Source of the DNA: Gammaproteobacteria bacterium
GTDB taxonomy: Bacteria; Pseudomonadota; Gammaproteobacteria; Ga0077536
Reading direction: 5' to 3'
Length of the DNA: 60,105 bases
Assembly: GCA_047611905.1 (NCBI GenBank)
Contig: JBLFWZ010000003.1
Coordinates: 1 to 60,105 of the forward strand
A program made the position numbers and the translations under genes. The notes beneath the pieces were generated by a model. It searched no databases and had not been told where the DNA came from. It was given only the letters and a program-made list of their open reading frames with translations. Positions 1-9,180 of this stretch are shown one piece after another. Numbering within the stretch: position 1 is the first letter of the stretch; each line of letters starts with the position of its first letter.

Positions 1-276
1 ATCATGGGCAAAACGGACGTCGCGATAGATTCTAAATAAGGACCCCCCCACCCGTTTGGGGATGCAGGTTATATGTTCCGATATTTTCGGCATCCGTTCG
101 CCGACGGCAGCGATGAAATCTAGCGCTGGGCTTACCAGGAAATTTTCGTAGCGGTGTTTATTATTCGCGAACCATTCACGGTTATTGTTCCTCGCAAGAT
201 CGAAGAGGAAATCTAGAGTTTCTGGCGGGAAACCGGGAAAGACTGAATTTACGGTCGGGAGTTTTTTGTTTGCCAT
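1..276 (-). CDS. DUF2461 (TIGR02453) family protein, N-terminal 92 codons only; gene runs off the left edge
   Basis: Not in the ORF track because there is no stop in the window. My reverse-strand translation from ATG 276..274 reads MANKKLPTVNSVFPGFPPETLDFLFDLARNNNREWF...KRVGGSLFRIYRDVRFAHD. This matches the N-terminal signature I remember for DUF2461 (..NN.reWf.. GGS.fRiyRDtRFs.D). Confidence 0.6.
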   Translation of the reverse strand, partial: MANKKLPTVNSVFPGFPPETLDFLFDLARNNNREWFANNKHRYENFLVSPALDFIAAVGERMPKISEHITCIPKRVGGSLFRIYRDVRFAHD

Positions 277-291
277 ACGTGAACGATTCCT

Positions 292-1851
292 CTAACTGGG
301 CTGCTTATTTTTGATCTTGTGAAATTCTTGGATCTGTTTCTGCTGCTGTAATTCGGTGAGGCCTAATTCGCGCGTCAGAATCTCAAGTACTTGTGGTAGC
401 GCCTCTAATGCGGCCGCTTCATTGAGAAATAAGGCACGGGTTCTACGTGCCAAAACATCTTCAATCGTGCGCGCCATCTCGTGACGAACAGCCCACAAGC
501 AATGGACTTTTCTATAAGGCAAGGCGTCCGATAGTAAATCGTCCAAGGCTGGTTCATTTAGAATCATTTCTTCGAGCGCTTGCGCGTGATTGCCATACTC
601 GACAAAGCGTTTAGCGCGGTGGTCGGATTGCGGTGTCGCATGCAATGGCATTTCCGCTGTCATTGAGCGGCCGACGGATAAATTATTTGACGAGATGAGC
701 GTGTCGACACATTGCTCGGCCATCAGACGATAGGTCGTCCATTTTCCTCCGGAAACGCTGATCATTCCGGATTTTAGAACGTCGATCCGATGTTCTCTAG
801 AGACCTTCGACGTCTCAGATCCTGAGGGCGCCAATGCTAACGGGCGGATCCCAGCGAACGACGCAAGTACGTCCGAACGTTGGGGCGCTCTGGTGAGGTA
901 TTGCGCAGCGACGTCCAGAATCATATCGATTTCCGAGGCGAGCGGAATGGGATCTTTGGCGACAACGTCGACCTCGGTATCTGTCGTCCCAACCATTACG
1001 TGGCCCAACCAGGGAATTGCAAACATGATGCGTCCGTCTGGTGTCCGGGGCATTAATAAAGCGCTAGTGCCGGGCAGAAATTCCTTGGGCAATACGATGT
1101 GTGCGCCTTGACTGGGAAGAATTGTTCGGCGGTGACCAGGTTCATCGAGTTTCAGGATCGCGTCGCTGCCCGCTCCGGTGGCGTTTACGACAGCCTCTGT
1201 TTTAATTTCATGAACCGCGTTCGTCTCGCCGTCACGAAATGTAACTGCGTTCAATCGACCTTTAGAATCTTTGTGGACCTCGGTCACTTCGGCGTAATTT
1301 ATCGCCACGGCTCCGAGCACTGTGGCCGTTTCGAGAATGGCTAGCAACAGTCTGGTATCGTCAAACTGCCCGTCGAAGTAGCGCATCGCGCCGCAGAATT
1401 TAGTGTCGTCTAATTCGGGTAGCTGACGGCGTAGCGTGTCTCGTGATAGCCAATCGCACGATTGGGGTCGTTGTTTCCCGGAAAGGAAATCGTAGAATTT
1501 TAGACCGACAAAGTACTTCGCGCGCTCAAAAATATTTTCAACGGGGACGATAAACGACAGGGGCGCGACCAAATGCGCAGCGTTTCTCAATAGGGTGGCA
1601 CGCTCACGTAAAGCTTCTCTGACCAGACCTACCCGCCCTTGTGCGAGATAGCGGACCCCACCATGAATAATCTTCGTGCTACGGCTTGACGTGCCTGAGC
1701 CGAAATCGCCACGTTCCAGTAATAGAACTTTTAGTCCTCTGCTAGCGGCGTCTAGCGCGACACCAGCGCCGGTGGCGCCTCCACCAATGATCACAAGGTC
1801 GAACTTCGGATTCGCTCCTCGAACAATGTTAAGCGCTGCATCTCTATTCAT
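292..1851 (-). CDS. glpD: FAD-dependent (aerobic) glycerol-3-phosphate dehydrogenase
   Basis: 519-aa ORF with dinucleotide-binding DLVIIGGGATGAGVALDAASRG followed by GTSSRSTKIIHGGVRYL, typical of GlpD. Its ATG shares a base with the glpK stop (TAATG at 1849-1853), so the two are in one operon. Confidence 0.9.
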   Translation of the reverse strand: MNRDAALNIVRGANPKFDLVIIGGGATGAGVALDAASRGLKVLLLERGDFGSGTSSRSTKIIHGGVRYLAQGRVGLVREALRERATLLRNAAHLVAPLSFIVPVENIFERAKYFVGLKFYDFLSGKQRPQSCDWLSRDTLRRQLPELDDTKFCGAMRYFDGQFDDTRLLLAILETATVLGAVAINYAEVTEVHKDSKGRLNAVTFRDGETNAVHEIKTEAVVNATGAGSDAILKLDEPGHRRTILPSQGAHIVLPKEFLPGTSALLMPRTPDGRIMFAIPWLGHVMVGTTDTEVDVVAKDPIPLASEIDMILDVAAQYLTRAPQRSDVLASFAGIRPLALAPSGSETSKVSREHRIDVLKSGMISVSGGKWTTYRLMAEQCVDTLISSNNLSVGRSMTAEMPLHATPQSDHRAKRFVEYGNHAQALEEMILNEPALDDLLSDALPYRKVHCLWAVRHEMARTIEDVLARRTRALFLNEAAALEALPQVLEILTRELGLTELQQQKQIQEFHKIKNKQPS

Positions 1852-3347
1852 TAAATGGTGTCTGCGGATCGCGTCGATCTAATTCGATTAACGGCTTCTC
1901 GCCAAAGCGCGAGGCGGCGTTCTAAGGAAGAATCATTTTCCTGCGGTGTAAAGCTTTCACCGGCACGCCACAAGGTGCTTAGTTCGTCTCTATCTTTCCA
2001 CACCCCGACGGCTAATCCCGCCAGCGAGGCGGCGCCAAGTGCAGTGCTTTCGTGGCCTTCGGCGCGGATTAATTCCGTTTGCAGCAAACTCGCTTGAATT
2101 TGCATGAGTAGGCGGTTCTCACTCGCTCCACCGTCAACTTTGATACTGGCGACGGGGCCGTTGATGTCGTCTTTTATAGCAGAAAATACATCGCCAACTT
2201 GGAAGGCGATGCCTTCTAAGGCAGCCAGCGCAATGTGCGCTTTGGTTGTTCCGCGCGTCAGCCCGAGTAACGCGCCACGCGCATCAGGGTCCCAGTGTGG
2301 CGGGCCCAGCCCGGCAAAAGCAGGTACGAACACCACGCCTTCGCTACTGTTTACTTCGCGAGCCAAGGTTTCTATACCACTTGATTGCTCGATTAGGCCA
2401 AGGCTGTCTCTCAGCCATTGGACAAGCGCACCGCCGATAAACACGCTGCCTTCTAGCGCAAATTCGGTTGTTCCATTGATAGTCCATGCAATGGTTGTCA
2501 GCAACTGATTTTTTGAAATGATAGGTCGTTCGCCCGAGTTGAGTAGGACGAAACATCCCGTACCGTAGGTGCATTTCGCCTGGCCGGGTTCGAAGCACGT
2601 CTGACCGAACATTGCTGCTTGCTGGTCGCCGGCTATCCCTGTAATCGGGATGCCATTTAAGCCCGCCGTCGTCGAACGTGCGAGGTCGCCACTTGACGGG
2701 ACCACATTCGGCAACATGGAACGAGGAATGTCCCACAGCGCGAGCATTTCGTCGTCCCAGGTTTGCGAATGGAGGTTGAACAACGAGGTGCGTGAGGCAT
2801 TGCTTGAATCCGTAATATGGGTCGTCGAATTCGACAGCTTCCAGACTAGCCACGAGTCAACGGTGCCGCATGCAAGATGGCCCGCTTGGGCTAGGTCTCG
2901 AGCGCCATCGCAGTGGTCCAATATCCAGCGAATTTTGCTCGCGGAGAAATAAGGGTCAAGCACTAAACCTGTTCTACTCTGAACCGCGGGTTCGTGTCCC
3001 GCTACGCGAAGCGACTCGCAAAACTCGGCGGTGCGACGGTCTTGCCATACGATTGCGCGATGTATCGGTCTGCCCGTTCGGCGATCCCATACGATGGTCG
3101 TTTCGCGTTGATTAGTGATGCCGATAGCAGAAATATCGGTCTCGCGTAGGTTTGCATTTGTGATGGCTTCAATCGCAACGTCGCGTTGAGATTGCCAAAT
3201 TTCCTCGGCATCGTGTTCTACCCAACCGGGACGTGGGAAGAATTGCTCAAGCGGGCGCTGCGCGGATCCTAAGATCCGTTGTTTGTCATCGAAAACAATT
3301 GCTCTCGAGCTGGTTGTTCCTTGATCGAGGGCCACAATGCACGCCAC
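1851..3347 (-). CDS. glpK: Glycerol kinase
   Basis: 498-aa ORF. It carries IVALDQGTTSSRAIVFD, GITNQRETTIVWDR and AGDQQAAMFGQ, classical FGGY/GlpK signatures along the full length. Confidence 0.95.
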   Translation of the reverse strand: MACIVALDQGTTSSRAIVFDDKQRILGSAQRPLEQFFPRPGWVEHDAEEIWQSQRDVAIEAITNANLRETDISAIGITNQRETTIVWDRRTGRPIHRAIVWQDRRTAEFCESLRVAGHEPAVQSRTGLVLDPYFSASKIRWILDHCDGARDLAQAGHLACGTVDSWLVWKLSNSTTHITDSSNASRTSLFNLHSQTWDDEMLALWDIPRSMLPNVVPSSGDLARSTTAGLNGIPITGIAGDQQAAMFGQTCFEPGQAKCTYGTGCFVLLNSGERPIISKNQLLTTIAWTINGTTEFALEGSVFIGGALVQWLRDSLGLIEQSSGIETLAREVNSSEGVVFVPAFAGLGPPHWDPDARGALLGLTRGTTKAHIALAALEGIAFQVGDVFSAIKDDINGPVASIKVDGGASENRLLMQIQASLLQTELIRAEGHESTALGAASLAGLAVGVWKDRDELSTLWRAGESFTPQENDSSLERRLALWREAVNRIRSTRSADTI

Positions 3348-3376
3348 CTAAGTTCTCGCTCTAAGCTATTGTTGTT

Positions 3377-4099
3377 CTAGATAGTATGTTGCCGGTTAAA
3401 AAAAGCAATCGCGCGCTCCGGATAATCAGTGAAAATCCCATCAACGGATAAATCAGCACACCGTTTCATCTGGTCGAGCGTGTTGACGGTATAAACGAAG
3501 ACTTTGAGACCTTGGACGTGCGCTGTGGCGACGAGCGACGATGACAATTGCCGGACGGATAGATTGATGGAAAAGTAATTCGAACGATCAGCATGCAATA
3601 TTATCGTTTCCGGATCCGATTCAGTTAATGCGCCGAGTAAACAGCCGGCAGGAGGCTGCGCGCTAAGTTCGCGCATCACCTCGCGTATAAAAGATGAAAT
3701 CATGAGCCGATTCTGCCACTGCGGTTGGGTTAAGAGATAACGCTTAAGCAAGGCTCGCAACGGGTCGTTCAGACCGGTCTGTTTTATCTCAATATTCAGT
3801 CCGGATCGCGCATCGATGAGATCCATCACTTCGCTAAGAAGCGGCACTGACTGGCCTTGTCCAGCATCAAGCGCGCGGATTTCACTGATCGTGTGCCGAT
3901 AAACAGAGCCGGAACCATTGGTCGTGCGATCGAGCGTTTCGTCGTGCAAAACGATCAGTTCGCCATCAACTAAGCGGATATCAATTTCCACCCAATCTGC
4001 TCCGACAGTCAGCGCATTATCTATCGCTAGTAGCGTGTTCTCAGGCCACATGCCGGCCGCGCCGCGATGCCCAATGATCCACATACTGTCGTTGTTCAT
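3377..4099 (-). CDS. ugpQ: Cytoplasmic glycerophosphodiester phosphodiesterase (GDPD family, UgpQ-like)
   Basis: 240 aa with no signal peptide. It has IIGHRGAAGMWPENTL, WVEIDIRL..DGELIVLHDETLDRTTNG and FTDYP. Its ATG overlaps the stop of the upstream fusion gene (ATGA at 4096-4099). Confidence 0.85.
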   Translation of the reverse strand: MNNDSMWIIGHRGAAGMWPENTLLAIDNALTVGADWVEIDIRLVDGELIVLHDETLDRTTNGSGSVYRHTISEIRALDAGQGQSVPLLSEVMDLIDARSGLNIEIKQTGLNDPLRALLKRYLLTQPQWQNRLMISSFIREVMRELSAQPPAGCLLGALTESDPETIILHADRSNYFSINLSVRQLSSSLVATAHVQGLKVFVYTVNTLDQMKRCADLSVDGIFTDYPERAIAFFNRQHTI

Positions 4100-7000
4100 A
4101 CGCTGCGCTCCACGGCAAGCTTGCGGGCTGTGATGTAATCCGTTTTACCGCTCGCCAATGTTGGAATTTGTTCAACGATTTCAAATCGCGCTGGCGTCAT
4201 GAGCGGGTTCAAGCCGTGGTCTTGCAGGCGCTTCCGGAGGTTTTCCAAATCGCTTGCTTCGACGTCTCCAGAATTCAGTAGGAGCACGACTGACTCACCT
4301 TTCTTAGCATCTGCGACCGCCACAGCAAGGCACTGAAGTTCCGGTGCTTCCAACGCACTTCGTACGGCATCTTCCACCGAACTTAAACTGACCATTTCGC
4401 CGCCAATTTTCGCGAATCTCGAATAACGATCGACGATGGTTAAAAATCCATCCTTGTCGATGTGCCCTTTGTCGCCGGTTTTATACCAGCGCATTCCATC
4501 GAGCGCGACGACGGCATTAGCTGTTTTTTCAGGATCATTTAAGTAGCCCAGCATGACTTGGTTACCACCAATAAGAATTAGACCGTCCTCGTCAGTATCT
4601 AAGGTAGAAAGCGTTTCAGGATCGACTATGCGGAAGCTGCTCCCGGGTAATGGCATCCCTACTGTGCCGGTTTTCACGCCCTGTTGTACTTTCCAACTTC
4701 GGATATCGAGCGCATCAGGTATGTTGACGCTTGCAACAGGGGTTGTCTCCGTAGCGCCATAACCCTCTAGGATATCTTTGTTGAATTTCAGCTTAAAAGA
4801 GTCCCGGACGTTAGGCGACAACTTTTCTGCGCCGGCTACGACAACTCTTAAAGACTCGAACATTAGCGGTAGCACGCGCGAGTTTTTCGTATAAAGGCGA
4901 AAGAATGTTGATGTACCGAACATAATCGTCGCGCGATGCTTGGCGACCATTTTGCCGATATTTACAGAGTCAGTTGGATCAGGGTGGGTCACAATCGGAA
5001 TACCCTCAATTAGCGGCATAAAGGTTGTTACAGTAAGACCGAATGCGTGAAATAGGGGCAAGGTTGCCATCACAATATCGTCGGATTCTGTATTGAGCAC
5101 ATCAGATACCTGGCGCACGTTCGACATAATATTCTTGTGCGAAAGCACCACGCCCTTCGGATCGCCTTCACTGCCGCTAGAGAACAATATGGCCGCCGGC
5201 GCGTCGATAGGAACTCGAAGGTGTACTAAACGTGTCAAGATTGAGGTTGGGGTCAGCGTGAACAACGCCATCGTCAATGTTTTGTTCAATGTAGACGGCG
5301 CCGACATCACATCTTCCAAGATCATCAATGTCGTGCTCGACGTTAGTTCGTCTAGTTTTATGCCTCGTGACTCCAATCGCTCTAAAAACTTCCTCGAAGT
5401 GATAATAGTGTCGATTTCTGCGTTCGATAGCGCGGATTGCAAACTGTGGATCGGCGCGGTGTAATTGAGATTAACGACTGTTTTACCGATATTGAGTACG
5501 GCGAGATTCGCGATAGCACCAGCGCTAGTCGTCGGTAATAGCAGGCCGACGTTGCTTGAGCGGCACTGGGCTTTAATTGCGCGCGATAGCAATAGTACGG
5601 CAGTGGCCACTTTCCGGTGAGTCAACGCGACGCCAGTGCTGTCTGTGATCGCGATACTTGAGCTAAATCGCTTGGCCGTGGCGAGCCATGCCGCCGCAAC
5701 ATCGGGCAGCGAGTCCGTATATTGATGCCACGCGGAAATCGACAATTCAAAGATCCGCTGTTTGAGCTGTTCGGCTTGAGTATCCATCGGTAAGGGTTGG
5801 CCGAAAGCCATGACAATTTCACGTTTACGGCTGCTTTTTCGGTGCGCTCGCAGTCCTGCATTCGAACGCGAAAAACTGCTACCCCACAACCCTCTCAGGT
5901 AGAACGGTACGATTACACCGCTAGCGCCGAGGGCCGCCTTTTCGTATCCATGTTTGAATTCCGATAATTGGCCATGTCGACTAATCGCACCTTCAGGGAA
6001 CAGGCACACGACTTCGCCACGGTTAAGTAACTCGGTAACTTGTTCTAGGGCTTGATTGTAGGCGCCCGCCGAAATTGGAATACAACCGAAAAAATCGAGA
6101 AACCATTTCAGGTACCAACGCTCGTAGATGCTCCGTTCCATAATGAACCGCACCGGCCGTGGGCTCGACATTTGTACGATCGCCCAATCGATCCAGCTAA
6201 TGTGATTGCCGAGTAGGAGTACCCCACCGGTCTCGGGAAGGTTTTCGAAACCGACGATTTGCAATCGATACTTACTTGAAAATAACTGGTTAACTAAGAA
6301 CCGTAGCAAGGATTCAGGTACTTTATAGACTGTGTAGATCGCGCCACCGCATGCGGCAACGGCCAGCACGGCGAAAAGAAAACGACTGTCTTTTTCCAGT
6401 GCGGCTAAACCAATCGTCATACCGAGAAACGACAACATGGTTAAGTTCTGAATCAGGTTATTGCCGGCAAGCACCCGACCGCGTTCTTGTTCGTCGGCGT
6501 GAAATTGAATTAGGGCATTAAGTGGCACGATAAAAAGACCACCGACAAACCCCAAGGCAATAAAATTCAAACCTAGGGCGACCGGGCTCTGGAGACTCGG
6601 GAGAATAAAAATGGTAGCCGCGACACCCACCGCACCCACGGGGATTAAGCCCGTTTCGATGTGATTCCGAGATGCCCGAACGGCCATCCAAGATCCAAGC
6701 ATTATGCCAACCCCGGCGCACGCCATGAGCCCTTGGATTATCACGGTATTGGTGATGCCCATTTCGCTTTTCGTAAATGCGGGAAAGCTCGCCAACACAA
6801 CCTGGGCGATGGCCCAAAAAATTGACAACCCAACGATCGATAACCAGATCACATCGTTTCGCCAAATTAGTTTGAGATTGTTGCGCAGATAAGTGCCTCG
6901 AACATACGGCCGCCATTCGAATTTCATGTTCGCAGACAGTGCTTTTACGACCGGTAGCCGATAGGCAAGGAACAATTCGACCAACGATCCGGCAACGAGA

Positions 7001-7566
7001 AACCATCCGATCGGAGCGATTGTTTTCAGTACGGAACTTTCATCGACAATGACGTGACCGACAAGTCGATTTTCAAACAAGATGGAGAAAGCGAAGGTTC
7101 CGAGCAAGATGGCAACGGTGGTGGCCATTTGGACGAGCCCATTCGCTTCGGCCAGATTTTTCGTGCCCGATAAATCTTTGATGTATCCGTACTTGGCTGG
7201 CGAGTAAATCGCACTTTGCATCGCGAGAACGAAGGTAAGTATGAAGGCGAAATGAAAATTCCCTCGGTGATAACTGTAAGTTATCAGGAGCGTCAGAATG
7301 ACGGCTAACCAGGCGCTGATTCGCATGACACTGGTTTTTGCAAACCGATCCGAGATATACCCGGCTGGGGAAAACATTAGAACGAACGGCAGCAGAATAA
7401 GTCCGTTAAGGATAGCCGTCAGAACGATTTGGGTTTGGTCGTCGTAGACTTTGAAGACGACGTTTTGAACGATTATTTTGTGCCCAAGATCGACAAATGC
7501 ATTCAGAAACACCATCGCGATAAATGCCGCGAAACCGCGAATTTTTAGAACGCTAAACATATTCAA
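4096..7566 (-). CDS. aas: Triple-fusion lysophospholipid recycling protein: MFS transporter (LplT-like) + PlsC-type acyltransferase + AMP-ligase/acyl-ACP synthetase (Aas-like)
   Basis: 1156 aa. The first ~420 aa are polytopic and hydrophobic (MFS-like). Next come the HX4D motif NHISWIDW and FPEGAISR of PlsC acyltransferases. The C-terminal half has AMP-binding motifs LFSSGSEGDPKGVVLSHKN, EGYGATETT and WYKTGDKG. Confidence 0.85.
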   Translation of the reverse strand: MNMFSVLKIRGFAAFIAMVFLNAFVDLGHKIIVQNVVFKVYDDQTQIVLTAILNGLILLPFVLMFSPAGYISDRFAKTSVMRISAWLAVILTLLITYSYHRGNFHFAFILTFVLAMQSAIYSPAKYGYIKDLSGTKNLAEANGLVQMATTVAILLGTFAFSILFENRLVGHVIVDESSVLKTIAPIGWFLVAGSLVELFLAYRLPVVKALSANMKFEWRPYVRGTYLRNNLKLIWRNDVIWLSIVGLSIFWAIAQVVLASFPAFTKSEMGITNTVIIQGLMACAGVGIMLGSWMAVRASRNHIETGLIPVGAVGVAATIFILPSLQSPVALGLNFIALGFVGGLFIVPLNALIQFHADEQERGRVLAGNNLIQNLTMLSFLGMTIGLAALEKDSRFLFAVLAVAACGGAIYTVYKVPESLLRFLVNQLFSSKYRLQIVGFENLPETGGVLLLGNHISWIDWAIVQMSSPRPVRFIMERSIYERWYLKWFLDFFGCIPISAGAYNQALEQVTELLNRGEVVCLFPEGAISRHGQLSEFKHGYEKAALGASGVIVPFYLRGLWGSSFSRSNAGLRAHRKSSRKREIVMAFGQPLPMDTQAEQLKQRIFELSISAWHQYTDSLPDVAAAWLATAKRFSSSIAITDSTGVALTHRKVATAVLLLSRAIKAQCRSSNVGLLLPTTSAGAIANLAVLNIGKTVVNLNYTAPIHSLQSALSNAEIDTIITSRKFLERLESRGIKLDELTSSTTLMILEDVMSAPSTLNKTLTMALFTLTPTSILTRLVHLRVPIDAPAAILFSSGSEGDPKGVVLSHKNIMSNVRQVSDVLNTESDDIVMATLPLFHAFGLTVTTFMPLIEGIPIVTHPDPTDSVNIGKMVAKHRATIMFGTSTFFRLYTKNSRVLPLMFESLRVVVAGAEKLSPNVRDSFKLKFNKDILEGYGATETTPVASVNIPDALDIRSWKVQQGVKTGTVGMPLPGSSFRIVDPETLSTLDTDEDGLILIGGNQVMLGYLNDPEKTANAVVALDGMRWYKTGDKGHIDKDGFLTIVDRYSRFAKIGGEMVSLSSVEDAVRSALEAPELQCLAVAVADAKKGESVVLLLNSGDVEASDLENLRKRLQDHGLNPLMTPARFEIVEQIPTLASGKTDYITARKLAVERSV

Positions 7567-7658
7567 GACCTATTTGCAGCGCGAAAACAGTGTTCTATAT
7601 AGTTGGAACGTCGCGTCAACCGCAATCAATGATCGCAGAGACCATTTTATCTCGCCGT

Positions 7659-7681
7659 ATGGTATCGTTTTTCGATACCAT
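7659..7681. promoter_or_regulatory. Perfect 9-5-9 inverted repeat (ATGGTATCG-TTTTT-CGATACCAT), candidate operator in a divergent promoter region
   Basis: Read directly from the sequence. It lies in the 215-bp spacer between the aas-fusion operon (start 7566, minus) and the XRE regulator gene (start 7782, plus). Confidence 0.4.
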
Positions 7682-7781
7682 CTGGTGCAAACCAATTGGC
7701 GATGCGTTGTGCACCGAGGCACGTTTATTAGGGGCATCGAACCTAAGCGATCAATCCACGTAATTTCTCAGAGTAGAGCGC

Positions 7782-8519
7782 ATGGCCCAGACCGTCTTCC
7801 TGATTGAAACGCTGAAACAAGCCTTGAAATCCCATGGCAAAACGTATCGAGATGTGGCCCAGGCACTGAACTTGTCGGAAGCGAGTGTTAAGCGCTTATT
7901 TTCGGGAAACAACATGTCGCTCGAAAGACTCGACGAAACCTGTCAAATGATGGGCATGGAAATCAGCGATCTGGTAAAAATGATGACCGGTCGGGTCACC
8001 AAGACGAAACAACTGACGGAGATCCAAGAGCGCGAAATCGTTGACGATCCCGAATTGCTGCTGGTCGCGGTTTGCGTGCTCAACAAATTAACTTTTGCGG
8101 AGATTCTTGCGCAATACACGATTTCCGAAACCGAACTGATTCGGAAGCTCGCACATCTGGACCGGTTGCATGTCATCGAATTACTGCCGAAAAATCGCAT
8201 CAAGCTATTGATCTCGTCTAATTTTAGTTGGCGGGAAAACGGTCCAATCCAGAAGTTCTTCCAAGCGAAGGTTGGGCAGGAGTTCTTCGCGTCGCGGTTC
8301 GGTAAGCCGAGTGAGAAACTGCTTTCCATCAGCGGCCTACTGTCCGACGCTTCCAATGAATTTTTTCAACGAAAAATGGAGCGCTTAGCCGAAGAGTTCG
8401 CCGAACTTCAACGAGATGACGAACGCTTGAATTTGAGCGAACGACACGGCACGACGATTGTTCTTGCCGTACGGCAATGGGAATTTGGCTTATTCGAAAA
8501 ATATAAACGACAAAACTAA
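7782..8519 (+). CDS. XRE-family helix-turn-helix transcriptional regulator with uncharacterised C-terminal domain
   Basis: 245 aa. The N-terminus TYRDVAQALNLSEASVKRLFSGNNMSLERLDETCQMMGMEISDL is a typical HTH_3/XRE motif. Confidence 0.7.
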   Translation: MAQTVFLIETLKQALKSHGKTYRDVAQALNLSEASVKRLFSGNNMSLERLDETCQMMGMEISDLVKMMTGRVTKTKQLTEIQEREIVDDPELLLVAVCVLNKLTFAEILAQYTISETELIRKLAHLDRLHVIELLPKNRIKLLISSNFSWRENGPIQKFFQAKVGQEFFASRFGKPSEKLLSISGLLSDASNEFFQRKMERLAEEFAELQRDDERLNLSERHGTTIVLAVRQWEFGLFEKYKRQN

Positions 8520-8876
8520 CCGATGTGACAGAATTTTGACGTTTCCTCAAAACCCTACTCAGTAACGAGCTACCGCGGGCACTCCTTCGGATAATCAAGC
8601 ATGTTTTCGTCTCTGCAAGCGTCGGAAAATATTATGAGCTACCCCATTTGGGCGATTTTTACGACATCAGCTGTTCGTATCATGCATTACCTAGGGGGGA
8701 GCGTGTCCCAACATTCCGGTGCCCGGCGAGCAATCGACGTGGCATTGAATCAAACACTGGAGCGACTGTACTACCCTACGGTTTGCTCCGGTCGTTAGGT
8801 TCGTTCCGTTATCGTTAAACGACGAGCAGACGAGTTCTGTGAGCTGTGGTACGTGCCCTAATACTGCCTGACCTTT

Positions 8877-8905
8877 GCGCTCGGATTTCCGAGCGCAATT
8901 TTTTT
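8877..8905 (+). terminator. Rho-independent terminator: GCGCTCGG-ATTT-CCGAGCGC followed by AATTTTTTT
   Basis: An 8-bp perfect GC-rich stem (8877-8884 / 8889-8896) followed by a 7-T run (8899-8905). It sits 358 nt downstream of the nearest plus-strand stop codon (8519). Confidence 0.6.
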
Positions 8906-9180
8906 CCTCGCTGCTACAGCGCTCGGAAATCCCGCCACGGCAGCGCCTGCCCGACGATTATTCGAATTGCGATTCGCTCCTCGCGCCTCTAGGTTATCGA
9001 TTCCGCTGACTTCAGTTATGCTCGTCCACCACTTGTCGCGTCTTTCGGATGCGTGGATGCGCGATGAAGAGGTGCGCCGCTGGCGGCGATTGCCCGGTCT
9101 TGAGTGAGCAAATATGCGTGAATTGCGGTCCCGCCGGGATCGGGTTGCGAGGGCCGCTATTGCATAACAACCAAATACAT

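Noticed and set aside
2344-2853. Numerous 60-170-aa ORFs antisense to or overlapping large genes. Examples: 2344..2853, 6518..7006, 7943..8356, 10659..11138, 11202..11612, 20943..21311, 25649..26017, 37442..37759, 53665..54057, 59200..59691.
   Set aside because: Each lies entirely inside a longer ORF with a confident family assignment on the other strand or frame. Each has the skewed Arg/Ser/Pro/Cys composition typical of shadow ORFs.
8694-9031. Possible tmRNA. There is a G-run at 8694-8699, an AACGACGAG segment (about 8818-8826) resembling the start of gammaproteobacterial tag-coding regions, and ...CTCGTCCACCA at 9021-9031.
   Set aside because: The putative acceptor stem does not pair: there is a G-G clash at position 4. 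No GGTTCGAATCC-type T-arm precedes the CCA. None of the reading frames through the AACGACGAG segment ends in an ALAA-like tag. A strong terminator lies in the middle of the candidate (8877-8905).
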